From positions 1 to 39,860 of the forward strand of contig CAYOAC010000001.1 in assembly GCA_964401885.1 (NCBI GenBank): DNA of 39,860 bases, read 5' to 3'. The notes below the pieces were generated by a model. That model saw nothing but the letters and a program-made list of their open reading frames with translations. It was not told the DNA's origin and ran no database searches. The DNA comes from an uncultured Candidatus Saccharibacteria bacterium. GTDB lineage: Bacteria; Patescibacteriota; Minisyncoccia; Phycocordibacterales; JAACPR01. The position numbers and the translations under genes are program-made. This document shows, in pieces, positions 28,128-33,466 of this stretch (positions are counted from its first letter, which is position 1; the number at the start of each line of letters is the position of its first letter).

Positions 28128-29213
28128 ATGAAATACCAAATAAATCCTTCTGCCACTCTGTTGGTAAAAGAGAAGGGTAATATGATTGTTGTTAGATTTT
28201 TACTGGACGCCACACGCAATCTCCATGCTTTCGAAATGTCACCGATTGGTGAACAAATATTAACAAGGATGTATGAAGTGGTATCTGAAGAGAATCTACT
28301 TACTGAATTTGATCTTGGAGGTGAAGATTTGGAGCAATTCCTTGCTCCACTAATTACTTCTGGATTGGTTCTTTCTGAAGAAAATTTCACTCATCTTAAT
28401 GCTCTCGGAGAGCGTAATATTAGGACTATGGAATTTTTCCGATCGTTTGCTTCTGTTGAAAGACCAACTATCGAACTGGTTCAGAAGCTTATGAATTCAA
28501 CCATTCTAGTTCTTGGACTTGGAGGTATCGGTACCTGGGTTGTAGAGATGTTTGCTCGGATGGGAATAAAAAAACTAATACTTGTCGATCCTGACAGTGT
28601 AGAAGAATCAAATATTCCTCGCCAAGCGATGTTCACTCGACTTAGTGTTGGCCTTTTAAAAACGGAGGCAGCGAAAGCGTTCTGTGAGGCCATATCTGAA
28701 AATATTGAAGTACAAATATTTGCCGAGCAGATATCAGATTCAGAATCCTTGTTATCAAAACTTCAGGGAGTTGATCTTGTCATAAACTGTGCTGATAAAC
28801 CAGATGTTGATTTCACTAATTCACTCGTAACATATGCTTGTTTCAAAGCAGGTGTGCCTCACATCCTTTGTGGAGGATATGATGGACATCTTAGTTCACT
28901 TGGACAGACTGTGATTCCTGGAGAAACTTCTTGCTGGTTTTGTTTTGCCGATAGCGGTATTTACGAAAATCTTCTTGATGGCTTCAGGATTGTAGACAGG
29001 ACATCGAATCAACAGATCGGTGGAACAATTTGTCCTATTGGTGTTTATGTTGCTAGCTTCCAGGTTCAAGAAGCTGTAAGAATTCTTACAGGTTGTTCTG
29101 AACCAGTCATGATTAACCGCAAGGCAGAGATAGATTTTACAAATCTGTCTCAAAACTTTGTAAACGTACCCAAACTCAAAACATGTAAACTTTGTGGAAA
29201 TGAAAACCATTAA
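28128..29213 (+). CDS. E1-like (ThiF/MoeB/MccB-family) adenylyltransferase with an extra N-terminal ~100-aa domain and a C-terminal Cys4 zinc motif
   Basis: Nucleotide-binding VLGLGGIGTWVVEMFARMGIKKLILVDPDSVEESNIPRQ. Cys pairs CWFC and CKLC. The N-terminal domain resembles the N-terminus of the downstream enzyme. Confidence 0.85.
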   Translation: MKYQINPSATLLVKEKGNMIVVRFLLDATRNLHAFEMSPIGEQILTRMYEVVSEENLLTEFDLGGEDLEQFLAPLITSGLVLSEENFTHLNALGERNIRTMEFFRSFASVERPTIELVQKLMNSTILVLGLGGIGTWVVEMFARMGIKKLILVDPDSVEESNIPRQAMFTRLSVGLLKTEAAKAFCEAISENIEVQIFAEQISDSESLLSKLQGVDLVINCADKPDVDFTNSLVTYACFKAGVPHILCGGYDGHLSSLGQTVIPGETSCWFCFADSGIYENLLDGFRIVDRTSNQQIGGTICPIGVYVASFQVQEAVRILTGCSEPVMINRKAEIDFTNLSQNFVNVPKLKTCKLCGNENH

Positions 29214-30432
29214 AATTAACCCTCATCTGGAACTTATGGATCCAGTTGCAGGACAAGTGAGAAATACTAAATCAGGAGAGGTATTCAGCCTTTCCTTCGA
29301 AGCACTGTCTGTTATTTCATTATTTGATGAACCTAAAAAAGTCGGTGACGACTTTGAGGGTTTGGAAAATATTGTTATGTCAGATGATAATGAAGCGGTG
29401 AAAGCATTCATTGAAAGTCTTTTGGAACAGGAAGTTCTGATTTTCGAGGAAGAATTCGATCAAACTCCCAAAAGCGATTGGGATCATAAAAGATTATTAG
29501 ATTTGGCTCTGGTTGAAAAACCATTCCTGTCTTGTTTGAGTGTTCCTGTCGCAGGTTTGGATTCAGAATATCCGTATGAGTTTGCAATCGTTGGAATGCC
29601 TTTCGATCTTGGTTCTACAGGATTTCCTGGATCAAGATTTGGTCCGACCAGACTGCGGGAACTTTCTGCTTCTGGCACAGATTATCGAGGACGATTCAGT
29701 GATTTGTCATGTGCTGGATGGTTATCAGAACATGGTGTGAAACTGTGTGAAGGGAAAAAGATTGTAGATATTGGAGATGTGATTCATCAAGTAGGGGAGC
29801 CATTCCATGACTTCTTCAAAAGGGTGAAGAATGTTAATAATATTCTGCGAGAAAAAGGTGTCATGCCAATCTTGATTGGAGGAGACCATTCTTGTACATA
29901 TGCATCGGTCTGTTCTGTGATAAAATATTCACAAGGCAAATCTTTGCATCTTGTTGTGTTCGATGCACACACAGACCTTGCGGACTACAATGCTTCTATT
30001 TCGCATAATCATGGCAACTTTGTTACCAGACTACTTTCTGAAGGGGTAGTAAAAAAGGTGACACATGTTGGTCTTCGTGGGATGCTTGGAAAAGCAGAAA
30101 CAAGGGACGGTTACGTCGCTGTTTATGCAGATCAGTGTACTTCTGTGGAAAAAGTAATGGAATACATTCCATTCGACCCTTTGGAGACTGTCTATGTCTC
30201 TTTTGATGTTGACGTGATAGATCCAATCTTTGCACCAGGAACAGGCACGCCTGTTTCTTTGGGACTAACACCTCAAATAGTTTTGTCAGTGATTAGAAAA
30301 ATCTTCGCATCTCAGAATGTAGAAGGTTTCGATATCGTTGAGTATAACCCTATGAGGGATATCAATGATATGACGGGTCATCTACTAATCAGTATGCTTC
30401 CGAAGTTTCTGGACGCTCTGCGTTCAAAGTAA
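29194..30432 (+). CDS. Arginase/agmatinase/formiminoglutamase-fold (ureohydrolase) metalloenzyme with an extra N-terminal ~110-aa domain
   Basis: Binuclear-Mn motifs GGDHS, DAHTD and SFDVDVIDP. Overlaps the E1-like gene by 20 nt (operon). Confidence 0.85.
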   Translation: MEMKTIKINPHLELMDPVAGQVRNTKSGEVFSLSFEALSVISLFDEPKKVGDDFEGLENIVMSDDNEAVKAFIESLLEQEVLIFEEEFDQTPKSDWDHKRLLDLALVEKPFLSCLSVPVAGLDSEYPYEFAIVGMPFDLGSTGFPGSRFGPTRLRELSASGTDYRGRFSDLSCAGWLSEHGVKLCEGKKIVDIGDVIHQVGEPFHDFFKRVKNVNNILREKGVMPILIGGDHSCTYASVCSVIKYSQGKSLHLVVFDAHTDLADYNASISHNHGNFVTRLLSEGVVKKVTHVGLRGMLGKAETRDGYVAVYADQCTSVEKVMEYIPFDPLETVYVSFDVDVIDPIFAPGTGTPVSLGLTPQIVLSVIRKIFASQNVEGFDIVEYNPMRDINDMTGHLLISMLPKFLDALRSK

Positions 30433-30654
30433 GAAGATTGACTGATTTAGAAAGTGGCGTATAGTGTTCACAGGTTCGAATTCTCGGGCCGTTCAAACAT
30501 CCAACTACGGAAAGGAGAATAATAAGCACATGAAACAGATTCAAGCCAGTAAGCTCACAATCGTTCCTCTCGGAGTGGTCGTCGATGCCGTCTGTATGCG
30601 CGGCCTTCGTCGCCGTCGTGCATGACATTCCATCATCTTTACTGATGGTTCCCA

Positions 30655-30694
30655 CACCCTGCCAAGTCCTCGACTCGGCAGGGTGTTTCTTTTA
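30655..30694 (+). terminator. Rho-independent terminator after the arginase-fold gene
   Basis: caccctgcc...ggcagggtg stem followed by tttcttttat. Confidence 0.7.
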
Positions 30695-30704
30695 TAATAC
30701 AAGC

Positions 30705-31241
30705 ATGACTTCACCAACAATCAAAACTCAAAATTATATAATACGACCTTTCAAAAAGGAGGATGCTTTATTATGGCAAAGTTGGGACATAGATCCTGAA
30801 ATCCAATCTCATATGCCAGAACCTGAGAATGAGTCTCAAGATATCTCACAACAATATGAATATATTGAAGAATGCGAAAAAGACGAAGAAGGATATTATT
30901 GGTCTGTTGAAACAAATGACGGAGTAACTATTGGTACAGTATCTTTATTTGAAATAAATTCTCACCATAAAAATGCCAATGTTGGGATTGTAATTGGTGA
31001 TAAAAATTATTGGGGTAAAGGTGTTGCAACAGAAGTACTTCAAACTTTGAGCTCTTATGCTTTTGAATATTTAGATGTTGTTCGAATTAGCGCAGAAGTT
31101 GAAGCTAATAATATTTCAATGCAAAAAGTATTTGAAAAGGTTGGATTCGTACAAGATGGAGTATTTAAAAAAGCACGAGTAAAAGAAGGAAAAAGAATAG
31201 ACGTGCTACATTTTGGGATAGTGAAAAATATTTTGAATTAA
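30705..31241 (+). CDS. GNAT-family N-acetyltransferase (RimJ/RimL-like)
   Basis: IIRPFKKEDA...VGIVIGDKNYWGKGVATE...ISAEVEANNISMQKVFEKVGF. Start placed at the Met after the terminator; the ORF finder gave 30585. Confidence 0.85.
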   Translation: MTSPTIKTQNYIIRPFKKEDALLWQSWDIDPEIQSHMPEPENESQDISQQYEYIEECEKDEEGYYWSVETNDGVTIGTVSLFEINSHHKNANVGIVIGDKNYWGKGVATEVLQTLSSYAFEYLDVVRISAEVEANNISMQKVFEKVGFVQDGVFKKARVKEGKRIDVLHFGIVKNILN

Positions 31242-31555
31242 AGAACGTCCTGTAAAAAAGTTTATATTTATTCTTCAAAAAATAATATTTCTCATGAACT
31301 TAAAACCGGAGGTGATGGCTATTGTGATGTTTTAAGTATAGAAGAAGATATTTGGCTTAGAGACTTAAGGCACAGAGAATCAGATAATTAAAACAGCCCT
31401 CCTTTCGGAGGACTGCTCTTGGATGTGGTACCCTTAAAGTTTATGGAAACCCTAAGATATCTTTATTATATGAAGAACCTTGTTTTTGTCAATATTTTCA
31501 GTAAGTTGACATTTTAAATCAATATAATCTTTAAAACCTTCAATTCCTGCACTAC

Positions 31556-31587
31556 TCGGTTCAACAAAACCATATCCAAGTCCACAA
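31556..31587 (+). repeat. Intergenic repeat copy c
   Basis: ctcggttcaacaaaaccatatccaagtccac. Confidence 0.75.
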
Positions 31588-31599
31588 AAATAAAATCTG

Positions 31600-31748
31600 G
31601 AAGCGTGAGCTTTCAGATTTTTAATTTTTGTAGGGCCCGACAGGACGAGAAAGACGGAGGCCTAGGGTCCCTGCGTCCGAGTGACAACGAGGACCTGGGA
31701 TGGCCGAGTCGGGGTCGCGGAAATTTTCTCTAGAAAATTATCTGTGAC
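31600..31748 (+). ncRNA. GC-rich non-coding island, a candidate structured RNA
   Basis: Starts near GGGCCCG (31633-31639), which is identical to the tRNA-Ala 5' acceptor strand, and runs into the duplicated tRNA 3' end. Contains the hairpin aattttctctagaaaatt. No ORF. Confidence 0.3.
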
Positions 31749-31767
31749 CGAGTCCTGTCGGGTCCAC
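31749..31767 (+). repeat. Direct repeat of the tRNA-Ala 3' end (attR-like): CGAGTCCTGTCGGGTCCAC
   Basis: 19 of 19 nt identical to 26594-26612 inside the tRNA-Ala T-arm and acceptor. Followed by ctactgTTTGACA, as in the repeat family. Confidence 0.8.
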
Positions 31768-31786
31768 TACTGTTTGACAAAACACA

Positions 31787-32023
31787 ATGGTTATTATTGA
31801 GGTTCATTTATCCAAAGAACCCAGAGAAATAGATCCAGTTTATCTCAAAAAGATCAAGGATTTTAAGTCAAAAAATCCAGATTATTCATCAGGATATGGA
31901 TATCATTTCAAGAAAGATGTTATTACTGTCCGAAAATTTCCAAATAACGGCCAACCAGGTGAATATGGAACACTAGTGCCTGAATATCACGGTAATGGTT
32001 ACGCATACGATTTTATGAAGTAG
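31787..32023 (+). CDS. Hypothetical small protein (78 aa) with a Gly/Tyr-rich C-terminus
   Basis: MVIIEVHLSKEPREIDPVYLKK...SSGYGYHFKK...GEYGTLVPEYHGNGYAYDFMK. Followed by a good terminator. Coding status unproven. Confidence 0.35.
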   Translation: MVIIEVHLSKEPREIDPVYLKKIKDFKSKNPDYSSGYGYHFKKDVITVRKFPNNGQPGEYGTLVPEYHGNGYAYDFMK

Positions 32024-32053
32024 CGAATAGAGAAGGTTTTCTATCTACAAAAC

Positions 32054-32088
32054 CCCGAAGGCATTAATTTGTCTTCGGGTTTTTATTT
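32054..32088 (+). terminator. Rho-independent terminator
   Basis: ccccgaaggcattaatttgtcttcgggtttttatttt. Confidence 0.8.
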
Positions 32089-32120
32089 TGTCTGAATTTG
32101 TTTTTATACTTTTAATATCT

Positions 32121-32187
32121 CATTCAACTCCACCAACTCTTTCACAACCAGGTTCAACAAAACCACCCCCCCAAGTCCACCATTGAT
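32121..32187 (+). repeat. Intergenic repeat copy d
   Basis: ...caccaactctttcacaaccaggttcaacaaaaccacccccccaagtccaccattgatt. Confidence 0.7.
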
Positions 32188-32189
32188 TA

Positions 32190-32712
32190 GAAAACGAATG
32201 GGTGAGGTTATACGGGTGCTTGACTTTCAAAACAATTTCATTAGAATACCTCATTGGACTCTGTTGATCAATATCCCACCGAGGAAGGAGTGGTGACGAT
32301 CGTTGAATGATAAATGAATATATATGCAAGAAAATGTCTTCGTTCCCTTCCAAGGGGATGCCTCAAGACGCTCTGCTATGTCCAAATATTACGGATTAAC
32401 CCCACTAACGTGGGCAAGCGTCCGTTGCCGGATAAGTACTCGCCGATGTATCTGATATTGGATTGCATAAAAGTTTAGAAGTTCAAGGCTTATCAATGAA
32501 CACAACGATGGTAAAGTGTGTTTCAGAGGATGGGTTGGTCTATCCCAGTTTGAGAACACTGGTGCGCCAAATGACAGTGAAAATGAATCTCAAAGGAGAG
32601 GAATCTCTAGAGAGATAACAAAAATCTTGTCCCTACAGATGACTGTAAATACACACTTTTGCTCGGCCGAGCAAGACATGTGGACTGGTCATCTTAGGGA
32701 TTTTTTTTATTA
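32190..32712 (+). ncRNA. Candidate structured non-coding region (moderately GC-rich, ~520 nt)
   Basis: Only short, compositionally odd ORFs on either strand. Local hairpins: ccccactaacgtgggg-like, ggcaagcgtccgttgcc, and the palindrome gctcggccgagc. Ends with T8. Boundaries are uncertain. Confidence 0.25.
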
Positions 32713-32812
32713 AAGAACACTTTATTCATTGACGAAACTAATATTAAGTGTTATTTTTATTTTTGAATCGGCGAACAACAAGTAGCCGAAAAACAACAGA
32801 AAATATTTGAAA

Positions 32813-33064
32813 ATGAGAGAAATCAAATTCGATGTATCTGACAATCTTCTAGGTTTTGTCTGTCGTGAACTTTTGGAAATTGGTACCAACCCATGTATTT
32901 CAATTGTTCGCACAGAGGACAGGATCGGTAAAGGAAAAATGATGCGTCTTGGATTCGAGGTGCCTTCTAGAGAAACATTTGTATCAGTTACAAGATGGCT
33001 TAGGACCCTTGGGGATGCAGAACTCGTATTCGATGTCGAAACGAAGGAAATACCTGTCACATAA
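32813..33064 (+). CDS. Hypothetical small protein (~84 aa)
   Basis: MREIKFDVSDNLLGFVCRELLEIGTNPCISIVRTEDRIGKGKMMRLGFEVPSRETFVSVTRWLRTLGDAELVFDVETKEIPVT. Protein-like composition with its own downstream hairpin. The overlapping minus-strand ORF is Ser-rich low-complexity and was not called. Confidence 0.4.
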   Translation: MREIKFDVSDNLLGFVCRELLEIGTNPCISIVRTEDRIGKGKMMRLGFEVPSRETFVSVTRWLRTLGDAELVFDVETKEIPVT

Positions 33065-33103
33065 AAGCAACCGTGCTATATTTGGCTTGGAAAATTAGTT
33101 TAA

Positions 33104-33140
33104 CAACCGCTTGACCCTTTAGGGAGGCGGTTTTCTATTT
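33104..33140 (+). terminator. Hairpin terminator
   Basis: aaccgcttgaccctttagggaggcggttttctatttt. Confidence 0.6.
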
Positions 33141-33177
33141 TCAAAATCTCTTTCAAAACTTTTAATTCAGAGACTAT

Positions 33178-33210
33178 CTGATTCAACAAAATAATATCCA
33201 ATTCCACTTC
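33178..33210 (+). repeat. Intergenic repeat copy e (degenerate)
   Basis: ctgattcaacaaaataatatccaattccacttc. Confidence 0.6.
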
Positions 33211-33466
33211 TTTAGAAAAGTGTTTTAATTTTAATCACTCTTGGTTTATTCTGAGCCTGTAGAAGGGCAAGTCATCTAGGATTTATGTGGGAAAATTGGG
33301 TCAGTCATGATTTTTTCAACCAGTATAACTGCAGGTGTGCGTTTTTTAGTTTAGATTCAGATTAGAATTGAAGGAAACATTGACTTTTTTAAATAAAATG
33401 ATATTGTCCGTGAAGGCTTGTTATGTTTGACTCAGATAAGTCAAAATAGCGAGGAAAACAAGAACA

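Noticed and set aside
27568-28180. ORFs 27568..27750 (60 aa) and 27836..28180 (114 aa) across the repeat and sRNA region
   Set aside because: They read through two copies of the intergenic repeat, a promoter and an intrinsic terminator. Both would encode the repeat-derived ...SLTHQPP... peptide. These are artefacts of translating a DNA repeat.
31774-31779. TTGACA after the duplicated tRNA 3' end as the promoter of the 78-aa ORF
   Set aside because: It lies only 8 nt upstream of the ATG with no suitably spaced -10. It is more likely part of the repeat and att scar than a functional -35 for this ORF.
32722-33060. Minus-strand 112-aa ORF overlapping the small + strand ORF at 32813..33064
   Set aside because: It is Ser/Thr-rich low-complexity and antisense to a frame with protein-like composition and a downstream terminator on the + strand. 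Only the + strand ORF was kept, and at low confidence.
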